IMG/VR virus record: IMGVR_UViG_3300045996_001613
Location: 19,578-83,577 of that record
From: a virus
Reading direction: 5' to 3' (one strand)
Length of the DNA stretch: 64,000 nt
A program made the translations under genes and the position numbers. A model generated the notes under the pieces. The model did not search any database. It was not told the origin of the DNA and saw nothing but the letters and a program-made list of their open reading frames with translations. Of the stretch, positions 41,968 to 52,575 are shown piece by piece. Position 1 is the first letter of the stretch. Each line of letters starts with the position of its first letter.

Positions 41968-42912
41968 TTACGTAGCGTCTCTCTTCATCCACATATTACT
42001 TGCGCTGCTTGGCCCTGTTCCCGTAGCCCTTACATAGACATCAGCGCCGAGGGTCACGGTGTCTCCATTACGCGCTGTACTGCTCTGAGCTAGGATGTAC
42101 CAGTCATACGCTTGCCCGCGATATTGACCGTATAGGGTGGCTCCGCCACCGTGCTCTATCCTCGGTCTTCCCACCAAGATGCTGTCGCCGTGCAGACGGT
42201 CAACGTCGGTGTTATTTATGCCGCCAAGGGTAGGCTGCAAGGGGGTCGTAGTGGATGTTAGTTGAAAGTTGCTTGACTGCGACAGGGTTACGGTAGGCAT
42301 CCTTGATATACCGCCGGACACACCCGAGGTAGCCATACCAGTATCGTTCCCTCGCCACGCATAGAGGGGGAAGGGTTCCGACGGACTACTCGTCATGAGG
42401 CTCTCAAACAGACCCAGAGACGCCCCATCGTCCGTAGTTCCAAACTTGACATACACGTTAAGCTGGTCCTTGGTGGCTCTGATGTAGTACTCTAGTCCGG
42501 TAGTGGACAAGGCTCCGTTAGGGCCGAAATAGGTAACGCTGGTAGAGTCTATCGTGTACCCGTTGACCTCGTCGCCCCAACTCCCGTTCGCGTTGGGAGC
42601 CCCCGCAGATGAGCTTCCCTTGACCGGGCGTATGGCCTTCTTGTTGGTCGCGTCCCATACCTCAAAACACTTCATGCGTACAAATTGCGCACCCCCACGA
42701 TAGATTGCGCAGTAGAAGTCGGACCCAAACGAGTTTGGATTAGTGACCCCCGATCCGCGATTGCGCCATATTCGATACGGGATGGTAGCAACCGTCACCT
42801 CTTCGACGAACTCCCACTGTCCGGTGTGATCGTTTAGTGTCCCCTCTATCTGTGCTAACAGTGCCGCCGCGGGGTCCGCGGTTGGTGCTATGCTTCCTTC
42901 ACGAAATGCCAT
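41968..42912 (-). CDS. Minor tail protein
   Basis: GGGAG SD; beta-rich 314 aa; NGDTVTLG C-terminus. Confidence 0.75.
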   Translation of the reverse strand: MAFREGSIAPTADPAAALLAQIEGTLNDHTGQWEFVEEVTVATIPYRIWRNRGSGVTNPNSFGSDFYCAIYRGGAQFVRMKCFEVWDATNKKAIRPVKGSSSAGAPNANGSWGDEVNGYTIDSTSVTYFGPNGALSTTGLEYYIRATKDQLNVYVKFGTTDDGASLGLFESLMTSSPSEPFPLYAWRGNDTGMATSGVSGGISRMPTVTLSQSSNFQLTSTTTPLQPTLGGINNTDVDRLHGDSILVGRPRIEHGGGATLYGQYRGQAYDWYILAQSSTARNGDTVTLGADVYVRATGTGPSSASNMWMKRDAT

Positions 42913-42927
42913 TGAAATCTCTCTCCC

Positions 42928-43752
42928 CTAATGTAATATGCCCCATTTTAGCTTACTTGCATACCTTGCACCACCGTCACCACCGCCGCCGGTAATGTCT
43001 ATAACCGTCTGGTTACTGGAGTTGTCGTCCCACGCATTTACGCCGGGACCCCTGAAGTCCATGTTGGGACGCTGTGTCAATGGTACGCCCTCGTTTTCTA
43101 TGATGTGCCCGCCGCTTTGCTGGATTGCTTCGACGATAGTTACATCGCCCACGGCACTGTCGGTCAGGTTGAAGTGGTCGTCCCTAAACCTCAACCTCGA
43201 CCTCTGGCTCATAGAGGTTCCGCCGTCTTGGATGATGTGGCCTGCGAGCTTCGCTTCCAAGGGGTCGAGCATCGCGTCCGTCTCCGCCTCGGTGTAGTAG
43301 CGCGTGTCGTGGTTGTGCGTGGTGCTCGACTTAGTCGCGAGTAGTGCGTCTATCTCGGCATCGGAGTAGGTCTCGGCCTTGGTGTAGTAGTTGTCCAGAG
43401 CAGCGCCGACTTGCTCCCCGCCGAAGTCCTCGTGGAAGTACAGGACCTCCAACGTCGTGCCTGCAGGGATATTGGTGTTGGTTACCGTACCCGCGGCGTA
43501 GTTGATGGTGTAATTAGTCCCCTTGGTGTATACCAAACCATCCGACTGCCGGCGGACCTTCTCAGAATTCTTCACTAGGGTGGTGAATTCCAAGTCTATT
43601 AGTCCCGCGGCAGATGGAGCCGTCTTAACCTCGCTGTAATACTTCTCGGTCTCAGTCGAGCCCCCGAGCTTGATCATAGTCGAGTTGGCTTCGGGGTCCT
43701 GTCTCCGGCTCTTGCCGGTCTTCATTCGTGCTAGTGAGTGTGGTACGGGCAC
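42928..43752 (-). CDS. Minor tail/fibre protein
   Basis: GTNYTINY, YYTKAE/YYTEAE, HIIQDGG/HIIENEG repeats. Confidence 0.75.
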   Translation of the reverse strand: MPVPHSLARMKTGKSRRQDPEANSTMIKLGGSTETEKYYSEVKTAPSAAGLIDLEFTTLVKNSEKVRRQSDGLVYTKGTNYTINYAAGTVTNTNIPAGTTLEVLYFHEDFGGEQVGAALDNYYTKAETYSDAEIDALLATKSSTTHNHDTRYYTEAETDAMLDPLEAKLAGHIIQDGGTSMSQRSRLRFRDDHFNLTDSAVGDVTIVEAIQQSGGHIIENEGVPLTQRPNMDFRGPGVNAWDDNSSNQTVIDITGGGGDGGARYASKLKWGILH

Positions 43753-46700
43753 TAGACTCCCCCTATCCCCATCGCGCTAATTGTTGGCGGCGACACCGCC
43801 ACGGCCCTGCCGAGGAAGTAGTCCGCGTACCCGGAGTCCCGGTTGGCTAGACCCTGCTGGTGCGCCACTGCGCCATCCACGACTCCCTTGAATACACATT
43901 CGTGTATGCTGAGGTTTCCGTTACTACTAAGGGAGTGGACGGTCTTCATTATCATGAACCTCATGTAGAAGTTTCTCGACGGCTTTGCGACGATTATCTG
44001 GTGTCTAAACCTCGCACGCATGTTTAGGGGCGTGGCTATGGTGACATTAAGCCCGGTCTTCATCATCGCGGCCTGCTGCTTCGCGTGATCTATGCATTGC
44101 TGGTCGGTCCACTCCGGGAGTGCCTGAATACGCAGAATGCTCGTCGGATCTACCGAGAACATTGTATCAACCGGCTCCAGCCACGAAAAGGAGGGGATCG
44201 CGACTACGCCACCCCGTACGCTCTCGGGCCTATAGACCTCGACGCCGAAGTGCACCTCCATCGCGTCGTAGTTGCGGGTAAACTCGATCAGGTCTATGTA
44301 CTCATTATGCACCCAAAAGATGTCTAGTGGCTCGGGAGGCACGATCTCAATGTTGTAGTCACCGGGGTCGAAGACCACGTAACCGAGATAATCCGCCAGC
44401 CACCAGATCGCATCCCATATCCTTGTCCCGGCTTCAAAGCACTTCGTGAAGTTGCGGTCACGCTCGTCCTCATACGTGACATTCGCGGGGTCTACGCCCA
44501 CTCGGGCTGCTAGCTCATTCAGGACGGCGCGTGCACTGGCATCTGTGTAACAGGTCTTCTCCGCGAAGGTGTCGTCGGTCGAGTACGGCGGGTCGACCAC
44601 TACATCTATGTCGGTTCCGTCCGGCCACGGGTCGGGTATCACTCCGCCGCCGTCGCCGGGGACCCCGATGTCTCCGCCTCCACCCCAATCTCCGCCGCTT
44701 CCGGGTCCGGTTCCGCCACTCCATCCACCACCGTCGTATCCGCCGCCTCCACTGCCTCCGCCGCTGCCAGATCCGCAGGGGTCATACCCCTCCATCGCGG
44801 GCAACTCAAAGCAGGGGTCTATCGGAAATTCGGGTATGGTGATCTCTCCGATTTCGCCGCATCCGAAGCAAGGCATTTCAGGGTATTCCCAATCAGCAGG
44901 GAAGGGGTCGGGGAAGTACGGCGCGATGTCGGCTCCGGGCAGGTAGTCGGGCATTACTCCGGGGAACTCGGGGGTCTCTATGTCGTCGGGCATGGGAGTG
45001 GAAAATTCGGGCATGGGGAACTGGTTTGGCCCGGTCGGGAAGTTCCCCTCGACGTTAGGGAATGTGGGGTCGGTTGGATCAAATATCGGGTCTGTAGGGT
45101 CAAATGAGGGGTCGAACGGGTTGTTGAATTCAGGGTTATTAAAGTTCGGGTCGTTGGGGTTGTCGAAGTCTGGGTCAGTGAAGTCCGGATTCTCGGGGTT
45201 CTCCGGCCATGTGTCCGGGTTCTCAGGGTCGAAGTTGGGGTCTTCGGGGTTGAAGTCCGGGGGCCATGTATCCGGATTATTGGGGTCGAAGTTCGGCCCC
45301 CCTCCCGGCAGGAAGTTCCCCGGATCAGGCGTGAAGGGCTTCGGATAGTCGGGATCATCGCCCGTCGGGGGTCCCGGAGGCTGAGACCACGGCGTAGGGC
45401 CACCCGTAGGACCGTCGCCACCCTCGGGTTGCGGGTCATTGTCTCCGGGTTGCGCGTCACTGTTGTCCCCACCCGACGGGTTACCGTTGGGGCAGGGGTT
45501 CAAGGTGATGCTGTTGCCCGCGACGGGCTCTTGCATAACACGAGATGGCGTGCGTACGGCACCGCCGCCGGGTTGAGGCACGGTCGAGGTGTCCCAATCG
45601 TATCCCCACGCGTATGCCACCCCATTAATGATCCCAAACATGTGATAGCGGCCCGCGGCCAGCTTGTCGTAGGCTTCCAGATGGGGGTGATGTGTAGGGG
45701 TGGTGACATACAGGTTGGTGTTGTCTGGGTCCCCTAGCATGCCATACCAGTTAGAGCCCCACGCATGACGCCCCACGATTGCGGTGACCTCAGAGGCACC
45801 GTCGGCTACTATTGAAGACCACCCGGCGCACACCCATTCTGCGCCGTTGAATGGCGGCTCCCCCTGTGGACCCACCTGACCGAATACGCTACTCCACTCA
45901 CTCCAGTGCGCTAGGTTGTCCGTATCACCTTCGCCTAACTGACCCTGGTTGTTGTTTCCGAAGTTGAATACATTCTGGGTACTAGCGGTGGTATAGAGGT
46001 TGTACCCCGCCATTTCTATTGCTGCTGCAGATATGCTGGGTCCGGGGTACTCTAGAGGCGCGTAGTCGCCTCCAGCGTCGTCGGGTACGGACTTCAGGAA
46101 GTCGTCTACTGTCTCCCCGAATCCTCCATACCCCCACGTGCACAAGACTCCATTGCCCATGACGGCTGCGGCGGACTCGTCTCCTGTAGCAAATTCCTCT
46201 ACCGCGGTGTTGCTCACATTTGTAAAATTTACCTGTGTCCATGTTAGGGCCGACTGATAGCACCTCTGCTGGAACGCCTGACCCGTGGACACCCACTCGC
46301 CCCCGGTCCCAAGCGTCCCGTGCTCAGATCCCCCGATTACGTAGAGGGTGCTGCCGGTCTTGCAAAACATGTGCCACTTTTCCCCCTTTAGCTCCATGTC
46401 CGGGTTGCCCTGCAGGTCAAATGCGGCTGGCAGCGTGCCGGGAACCTGCTCGAATTCTGAAGGCCAGTAGCTCGACGAGAGGGTCAGCCTGCCCTTGTAC
46501 CATACCGTGCCGTCGTCCTTGAGTACATACGTTGCGATTTCGTTGGTTGCAATCGCAACACCGCCGGGGACGTTGCCCTCAAAGTGAGCGAAGTCACTGC
46601 CCGTCAAGTTTCCCCACTCCCACACGTCTCCGTTAGCATACAATGCTACGGACCTGCCGGTGAAGTTGTTGCGGCCCGCGGCATCAATGTCAATAATCCC

Positions 46701-48002
46701 TCCGGGAGCCGGATCTTGAATCCAATTCTTGTCTATAATGGGGCTGGTCGGAGTCTGGACCTCTGCGCCCCACTCCTGATCCTCAGTACCAAGGTTGAGT
46801 TCGTCGCTGGACCCCCATACCTTCAAGGTACACCCCTGCTCCAAGGCGATTCCTTGGTAAGGCCCCGTCTTGATCTTCACTGCAGTAATGCCTATGGGCT
46901 GAAAGGAAAAATCGTAATTGTTGGCAGTGTCGCGGCCTAGCGCCGAGTCGTAATTCCATCCTGTAGTCTGGACATTGTTATCTCCGTCTATAATGGCCGT
47001 CCAGTCGTCCCCGCAAGACACGGCTTTTGCCGTTATGCCCGGAACCTGTACGGGTTCATAGTGCTCTCCGTCTCCATCTTCGTTGAGTCCCAAGCCGGAT
47101 TCCCACCCTAGACCCCACAAGGTGCCATCTTTCTTGATAAACAGTCCGTGTTCATTGCCCGCGGACATCGACTGCACATCGGTGGCTATCACTCGGGGGG
47201 TACGTACATAATCGTTGTCATACGGGTCTAGTCCCAAGGTCCCATAGAACGCGGCTCCCCATCCCAGCAGGGTGCCATTGCCCTTCAACGCATAAAAAAA
47301 CTCGCCTTCCGAGCTGACCGAGACACTAACAATTTCGTCGAGAAAGTGTGCGCGTGTTGGCACGTATATTCCGGAAAATTCCTCCGAGGAACTAGCTTGG
47401 TAGTAGGAGTCGTCCCCCCATGTCCACAGCCGACCGTCGGTGTCAATTGCCATGAAGGTTGCTCCGTTGTGGCCCGCGGCCACCTGCGTGAATTGAGGAG
47501 TGTTGGGTATCTCCTTCCACACATAGTGTTCCCAATTACCGGGAGGGTTCATGGTGTCGTCTACGCCCTCCCCGAGGCCCAGAGAGTTCCCTCCCCAACC
47601 AGCATTGTCACCGACGGCCCACGCGGTGCCATCGTAACGCAGAGCTATTGAATTATCGTAGGTCATTGCTATGTTAAAAACATTGTCCAGACCTAGATAG
47701 TGGAAGGGGTAGGACCACTCCGTGTCGTTGGTGTCTCCGAGGTCTCCGGTTACGTGCTGCCAGTATCCCATAGCGAGTCCATACCCAGCCCCCCACGTCT
47801 TACCATCGTCGGAGACGACAATAGTAGCATCGTACGTTAGTGCAAAGTCTACGAGGGTGGGGCTGCTCGGGATTTCCCCTTCTTCCGCGGTGATCCGTAG
47901 CTGTTCTATCCCCTTACGGCGTCGGGCGTGCCGACCAAACCTCAGCTTGGGCTGTCCGGCCTCCGCGAGGCGACGGCGGAGATGCAGGGGGATTTCCCTC
48001 AC
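43752..48002 (-). CDS. RCC1/BLIP-II-repeat tail protein with P/D/N-rich linker and C-terminal hub-like domain (paralog 2)
   Basis: Repeats such as DGRLWTWG, GTLLGWG, DGTLWGLG; C-terminal TRIWDAIWWLADYLGYVVF. Confidence 0.8.
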   Translation of the reverse strand: MREIPLHLRRRLAEAGQPKLRFGRHARRRKGIEQLRITAEEGEIPSSPTLVDFALTYDATIVVSDDGKTWGAGYGLAMGYWQHVTGDLGDTNDTEWSYPFHYLGLDNVFNIAMTYDNSIALRYDGTAWAVGDNAGWGGNSLGLGEGVDDTMNPPGNWEHYVWKEIPNTPQFTQVAAGHNGATFMAIDTDGRLWTWGDDSYYQASSSEEFSGIYVPTRAHFLDEIVSVSVSSEGEFFYALKGNGTLLGWGAAFYGTLGLDPYDNDYVRTPRVIATDVQSMSAGNEHGLFIKKDGTLWGLGWESGLGLNEDGDGEHYEPVQVPGITAKAVSCGDDWTAIIDGDNNVQTTGWNYDSALGRDTANNYDFSFQPIGITAVKIKTGPYQGIALEQGCTLKVWGSSDELNLGTEDQEWGAEVQTPTSPIIDKNWIQDPAPGGIIDIDAAGRNNFTGRSVALYANGDVWEWGNLTGSDFAHFEGNVPGGVAIATNEIATYVLKDDGTVWYKGRLTLSSSYWPSEFEQVPGTLPAAFDLQGNPDMELKGEKWHMFCKTGSTLYVIGGSEHGTLGTGGEWVSTGQAFQQRCYQSALTWTQVNFTNVSNTAVEEFATGDESAAAVMGNGVLCTWGYGGFGETVDDFLKSVPDDAGGDYAPLEYPGPSISAAAIEMAGYNLYTTASTQNVFNFGNNNQGQLGEGDTDNLAHWSEWSSVFGQVGPQGEPPFNGAEWVCAGWSSIVADGASEVTAIVGRHAWGSNWYGMLGDPDNTNLYVTTPTHHPHLEAYDKLAAGRYHMFGIINGVAYAWGYDWDTSTVPQPGGGAVRTPSRVMQEPVAGNSITLNPCPNGNPSGGDNSDAQPGDNDPQPEGGDGPTGGPTPWSQPPGPPTGDDPDYPKPFTPDPGNFLPGGGPNFDPNNPDTWPPDFNPEDPNFDPENPDTWPENPENPDFTDPDFDNPNDPNFNNPEFNNPFDPSFDPTDPIFDPTDPTFPNVEGNFPTGPNQFPMPEFSTPMPDDIETPEFPGVMPDYLPGADIAPYFPDPFPADWEYPEMPCFGCGEIGEITIPEFPIDPCFELPAMEGYDPCGSGSGGGSGGGGYDGGGWSGGTGPGSGGDWGGGGDIGVPGDGGGVIPDPWPDGTDIDVVVDPPYSTDDTFAEKTCYTDASARAVLNELAARVGVDPANVTYEDERDRNFTKCFEAGTRIWDAIWWLADYLGYVVFDPGDYNIEIVPPEPLDIFWVHNEYIDLIEFTRNYDAMEVHFGVEVYRPESVRGGVVAIPSFSWLEPVDTMFSVDPTSILRIQALPEWTDQQCIDHAKQQAAMMKTGLNVTIATPLNMRARFRHQIIVAKPSRNFYMRFMIMKTVHSLSSNGNLSIHECVFKGVVDGAVAHQQGLANRDSGYADYFLGRAVAVSPPTISAMGIGGV

Positions 48003-51000
48003 TACACACCCCCGATCCCCATATTGGACGGATTCGCGGGCGAGTAATCTGCAGGCTTGCCGAGGAAGTAATTCGCGTACCCGGACTCAGAGTTCGCGAG
48101 TCCCATCTGGTGTGCTATATCGCCGGTTAGGACGCCTTTGTACATGCATTCGTGAATGGAGAGGTTGCCATTATTGCTCAATGAATGCACCGTTTTCATA
48201 ATCATGAAGCGCATGTAGAAGTTCTTGGAGGGCTTCATGACGATTATCTGGTGACGGAATCTGGCACGCATGTTCAGGGGCGTGGCAATCGTGACGTTGA
48301 GTCCGGTCTTCATCATCGACGCCTGCTGTTTAGCATGATCTATGCATTGTTGGTCGGTCCAGTCTGGCAATGCTTGGATGCGCAGGATGTTGGTGGGGTC
48401 GACGGAGAACACCGTGTTGACTGGCTCTAGCCATGCGAAGGACGGAATTGCCACCACACCACCGCGGACACTCTCAGGTCTATAGACCTCGACGCCGTAA
48501 TATACCTCCATCGCATCGTAGTTGCGGGTGAACTCGATCAGGTCTATGTACTCGCTGTGGACCCAAAAGATATCCAGAGGCTCGGGAGGCACGATCTCGA
48601 CGTTGTAGTCACCGGGGTCAAAGACGACGTATCCAAGGTAGTCTGCCAGCCACCAGATCGCGTCCCATACACGCGTACCGGCCTCAAAGCACTTCGTGAA
48701 GTTGCGGTCACGCTCGTCCTCGTAGGTTACGGTCGCGGGGTCGACACCCACGCGGGCTGTCAATTCCTCTAGGGCAGCGCGTGCGCTGTGGTCCGTATAG
48801 CACGTCTTCTCCGCAAAGGTGTCGTCAGTCGAGTACGGGGGGTCAATGGTGTAGTCTATGTCTCCACCACCGGGCCATGGATCGGGTACCACTCCCCCGC
48901 CGTCTCCGGGCACGCTGCCCCAATCGCCTCCGCCTCCCCAATCTCCGCCGGACCAGTCGCCGCCACCGCCGGACCAATCGCCGCCACTTCCTCCGCCACT
49001 TCCTCCGCCACCTCCCCAATCACCTCCACCACCGCCGCAGGGGTCGTATCCACCCATCGGAGGTAGCTCGAAGCAAGGATCTATGGGGAATTCAGGTATC
49101 GTGATCTCTCCGACCTCTCCGCATCCGAAGCAGGGCATCTCGGGAAATTCAAAGTCGGGAGGGTATGGGTCGGGGAAGATGGGCATGACTGGCGCTCCGG
49201 GCAGGAAGTCGGGGTTGATGTCGCCAAAGTCGTCATATAGGAAGTCGGGCATAGGCTGAGAGAAATCCCCCATTGGGAACTGGTTAGGTCCAGTCGGGAA
49301 GGCCCCCTCGACGTTGGGAAACTCGGCACCGAAGTCACCGAAGTTCGGATCGTCCGGGTTTTCAAAGGACGGGTCGAAGGGTCCTCCGGGGGGCTCAAAG
49401 GTGGGTCCGACGGGCTCTTGGAATGACGGATCGTCTGGCATAAAGTCGTCCGGCCACGTATTCGGATCGAGAGGATCGAAGTTGGGGTCCTCGGGGTCGA
49501 AGTCGTCCGGCCATGTATCCGGGTTGTTTGGATCGAAGGGTGGGGCTCCGTCGGGTAGGAAGTTCCCCGGATCAGGCGTGAACGGTTTCGGGTAGTTCGG
49601 GTCGGACCCATCTGGAGGAGGGGGCGCAGGGGGCTCGTATGGGTTGTAGTTCGGGTCCGTGGGGTCCGGGGCACTGCCATCCGGGTACTGCCCCCCGTTA
49701 CCGCCGTCGGCGTCGCTGTTGTCACCATTGGTGGAGCTACTAATTGGACACATATTCAGGTATACAGTGTCCTCCTCGTCCGTGTACTGTGCGCCTAGTG
49801 ACGGGACTATGTTCTCCTCCACTCCATACTCTTCACCGAGGCCACCGTTGCTTGCCCACTCTCCCCACGCATACAGCACGCCATCTTTTATCGCGGTGCC
49901 GTGCACCGTTCCCAGCGACACCTCGTCGGGGTCGAACGCTTCCAGATTTGTAAGTTGTACAGGCGTGGAGAATATCCGATTGTATTGGTTGCCCTCCACT
50001 CCGCTTGCGTCTATGTCTGCCCTGATTTCCCCCCATGCCCATATGTCGCCGTTCGTGTCCATTACAAAGATAGCTTTCAACCCCCTCGCGAGGAAGCGGT
50101 CTATGGGTGGTAGGTCGGGAGCACCGGGTGTCTGGTCTCCGGATCTCAAGCTATGTACGGAGCTTGAAAACGGACGGTCGCCCATCTCCCCGCTGCTGTT
50201 GCCCCCATAGCAGGTTATAGATCCGTCCGCATGCAGCACTTCGGTATTTTGAGACCCGACGGATATAGCCACTCCCGTGACGCTTGTTAGGTGAGGCACA
50301 CTGGCACCCACTCCGCCGTCCGTCAAGTACCCGGTGTCAATAAGACCGCCAGTGTAGTTGCCACCCCATGTGTATATGTTCCCATTCTCGTCTATTGCTA
50401 CGGAGTGCGTTACCCCGGCCTTCACGTCGACAATTCCGCTGAGTCCCGGATTACCAAGCGGACCTAGAGCCCCTGAGGGAGTGGATTGTCCACAGATCCA
50501 GGTGTCGCCCGGACCGTCTGTGTACTCTCCGCCGATACCAAGCTGCCCATATGACGCGCCACCCCACGCGTATATCTCTCCCGCGGCATTTAGTCCAAAG
50601 ACTCGATTGCCTTCGAGTTGCCCATAGTTGTACCCATTACGGGTTGCTGATATCTTGACAATGCCAGAGAACCCGGATATCTGCACGAATCCTCCGACAT
50701 CGTGATTTATGTACCACACCGTACCATCCGATGTTAGGACAAATATGTACATCCCGGTGCACTGCACCTGTATGGCGTTGGGCACGACGCCGATTTGATG
50801 AGGAAACATTGTCCATTCCTCGGGGAAATAGGCGTAGGGCACGGTCCAGAATCCTCCCCACGCATACACGTTGCCGTCCGAGGTTATGGCGGCGCTGCCA
50901 ACAGCCGTACTGTCAACGTCTATGAAGTTGACCGGCAGGGTTTCGCGCTGCTCCTCCTTATTGGTGATGGCTTTTGCGGGTGTAACCCGATAGTTTGAGT

Positions 51001-52183
51001 TCTCGTCGACTATGCCAATATCATTCAAACCCCAGCACCACAACTCACACCCCGGCATTATTGCAAGGCCAATTTGCGGTCCGGCAAATATCTTGCCAGC
51101 CCCCGTCATAAAGTCCCCGTTACCCTTCTTAGCCTTGCCGAACACGTCGTTGGTTCCCACCGCGGGGGGCACGCGACACAGCACCCCATTACCACTGTAC
51201 CCACACGTCCATATCTGACCAGTGCCCTGTTCTATAAACATGGACCATTCCATGCCACAGGATATATCGGTGGCGAGTAGGTCAGGCACTTGTGTAGGGG
51301 TCTCGTGAGCATTGTAGTTCGCCTGTCCTATCATGTAGCCCTCACCGAGGCCCCACACGGTTCCGTCGGTCTTTATGTACATGGTATGGAACAGTCCGCA
51401 AGACACCTTACTAACGCCAGAGTCCACCTGAGAAGGAGATTGACGCCAGTCCCCCTGCGAGACGCCTGTACCAATGTCCCCGTAGTGCTGGTTTCCCCAC
51501 ATCCACAACGTGTTATCGTTCTTGATTACTCCCACGTGCTCACCGCCAAGGGATATGTACCGTACGCCAGTCAGGTTGTGCACATTCGTGGGCACATTGA
51601 AGCTCAGGATAGAAGGGTGTATCTGATAGTCTGACGCATCGCCCCAACCCCATACGGTGCCGTCGTTACGGAGAGCAAACACAAGGTTTTCAGCAGTGGC
51701 TATTTGTATGATACCGCTTAGGCCGGGAACCTTGACCCAATCATATCCCTGTTGCGCTTCATTCCACGTCGTATCCTGAGATCCCAACCCTAGTGCGCCT
51801 AACCCCTCGCCTTCTCCCGTCACCCACACCGTGCCGTCGTTCTTGAGTACAACCCCTACTTCGTAGTGCGTCATGCGAAACATCTTGGCATTGCCTATCC
51901 CGAGGAAGTGCCACGGATAAGAGTAGTTCTCATAACCAAACTTGTCGGGGTCGTTCTCCCCGTATCCCAGCGGTGCAGCTATGCCGGTACCCCATACCTG
52001 CCCATTGTCTAGCACGGCTCCGCAGGAGTTCCAACCCGCGGAGATATCCGTAGTACCCGCGGTCGCGGCGGCACGGAATGCTTCGGGATGGAATTTGGGC
52101 TTGCGAAAGCGCATGCCAACGCCACCCCCGCGGGCGATACGTCGACGAACGTTTGCAGGAATAGACTTGGGATTGATAGCCAT
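48002..52183 (-). CDS. RCC1/BLIP-II-repeat tail protein with P/D/N-rich linker and C-terminal hub-like domain (paralog 1)
   Basis: DGTVWGWG, DNTLWMWG..GDIG, NGNIYTWG; C-terminus near-identical to 43752-48002. Confidence 0.8.
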   Translation of the reverse strand: MAINPKSIPANVRRRIARGGGVGMRFRKPKFHPEAFRAAATAGTTDISAGWNSCGAVLDNGQVWGTGIAAPLGYGENDPDKFGYENYSYPWHFLGIGNAKMFRMTHYEVGVVLKNDGTVWVTGEGEGLGALGLGSQDTTWNEAQQGYDWVKVPGLSGIIQIATAENLVFALRNDGTVWGWGDASDYQIHPSILSFNVPTNVHNLTGVRYISLGGEHVGVIKNDNTLWMWGNQHYGDIGTGVSQGDWRQSPSQVDSGVSKVSCGLFHTMYIKTDGTVWGLGEGYMIGQANYNAHETPTQVPDLLATDISCGMEWSMFIEQGTGQIWTCGYSGNGVLCRVPPAVGTNDVFGKAKKGNGDFMTGAGKIFAGPQIGLAIMPGCELWCWGLNDIGIVDENSNYRVTPAKAITNKEEQRETLPVNFIDVDSTAVGSAAITSDGNVYAWGGFWTVPYAYFPEEWTMFPHQIGVVPNAIQVQCTGMYIFVLTSDGTVWYINHDVGGFVQISGFSGIVKISATRNGYNYGQLEGNRVFGLNAAGEIYAWGGASYGQLGIGGEYTDGPGDTWICGQSTPSGALGPLGNPGLSGIVDVKAGVTHSVAIDENGNIYTWGGNYTGGLIDTGYLTDGGVGASVPHLTSVTGVAISVGSQNTEVLHADGSITCYGGNSSGEMGDRPFSSSVHSLRSGDQTPGAPDLPPIDRFLARGLKAIFVMDTNGDIWAWGEIRADIDASGVEGNQYNRIFSTPVQLTNLEAFDPDEVSLGTVHGTAIKDGVLYAWGEWASNGGLGEEYGVEENIVPSLGAQYTDEEDTVYLNMCPISSSTNGDNSDADGGNGGQYPDGSAPDPTDPNYNPYEPPAPPPPDGSDPNYPKPFTPDPGNFLPDGAPPFDPNNPDTWPDDFDPEDPNFDPLDPNTWPDDFMPDDPSFQEPVGPTFEPPGGPFDPSFENPDDPNFGDFGAEFPNVEGAFPTGPNQFPMGDFSQPMPDFLYDDFGDINPDFLPGAPVMPIFPDPYPPDFEFPEMPCFGCGEVGEITIPEFPIDPCFELPPMGGYDPCGGGGGDWGGGGGSGGGSGGDWSGGGGDWSGGDWGGGGDWGSVPGDGGGVVPDPWPGGGDIDYTIDPPYSTDDTFAEKTCYTDHSARAALEELTARVGVDPATVTYEDERDRNFTKCFEAGTRVWDAIWWLADYLGYVVFDPGDYNVEIVPPEPLDIFWVHSEYIDLIEFTRNYDAMEVYYGVEVYRPESVRGGVVAIPSFAWLEPVNTVFSVDPTNILRIQALPDWTDQQCIDHAKQQASMMKTGLNVTIATPLNMRARFRHQIIVMKPSKNFYMRFMIMKTVHSLSNNGNLSIHECMYKGVLTGDIAHQMGLANSESGYANYFLGKPADYSPANPSNMGIGGV

Positions 52184-52575
52184 TAAGGTACAAAGCCCAA
52201 TCGTAACAAGAATAGCTTTAGGTCATACTGAGAGTAGGTGCGTATTCTAGGATCGCGCTTGGGCTGGGCCATAGCGAACGCCTGTACATCGTAGGCCCCG
52301 CCTTCAAGGTCGAAGTACCGAAACACCGTAAGATGCTTGCATGCGATTACGAGTTCCCACATGAGTGTAAGTTTCATGACAGGATGCTTCGCGTCGAATC
52401 GCCAGTCGGTCTCGGTGACGAACTCACCGACCGAGACCTCCTGCAGCAACGAGACGCCTGCGGTAGTGCGTAGCCGAGGCTGCATGTATTCCAGCGTCCA
52501 TCCCTCCCAATTCGGGAGTTGACGATTCGCCATCACCTTGCCATCGGACTTACGTAGTAACTGCGTGGCAGGCAC
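52183..52575 (-). CDS. Putative distal tail protein
   Basis: Lies directly after the tape measure gene; 130 aa. Confidence 0.55.
   Translation of the reverse strand: MPATQLLRKSDGKVMANRQLPNWEGWTLEYMQPRLRTTAGVSLLQEVSVGEFVTETDWRFDAKHPVMKLTLMWELVIACKHLTVFRYFDLEGGAYDVQAFAMAQPKRDPRIRTYSQYDLKLFLLRLGFVP

Noticed and set aside
43752-48900. Diversity-generating retroelement TR/VR pair
   Set aside because: Differences between the paralog ends are mostly synonymous and not adenine-specific; no reverse transcriptase in the window
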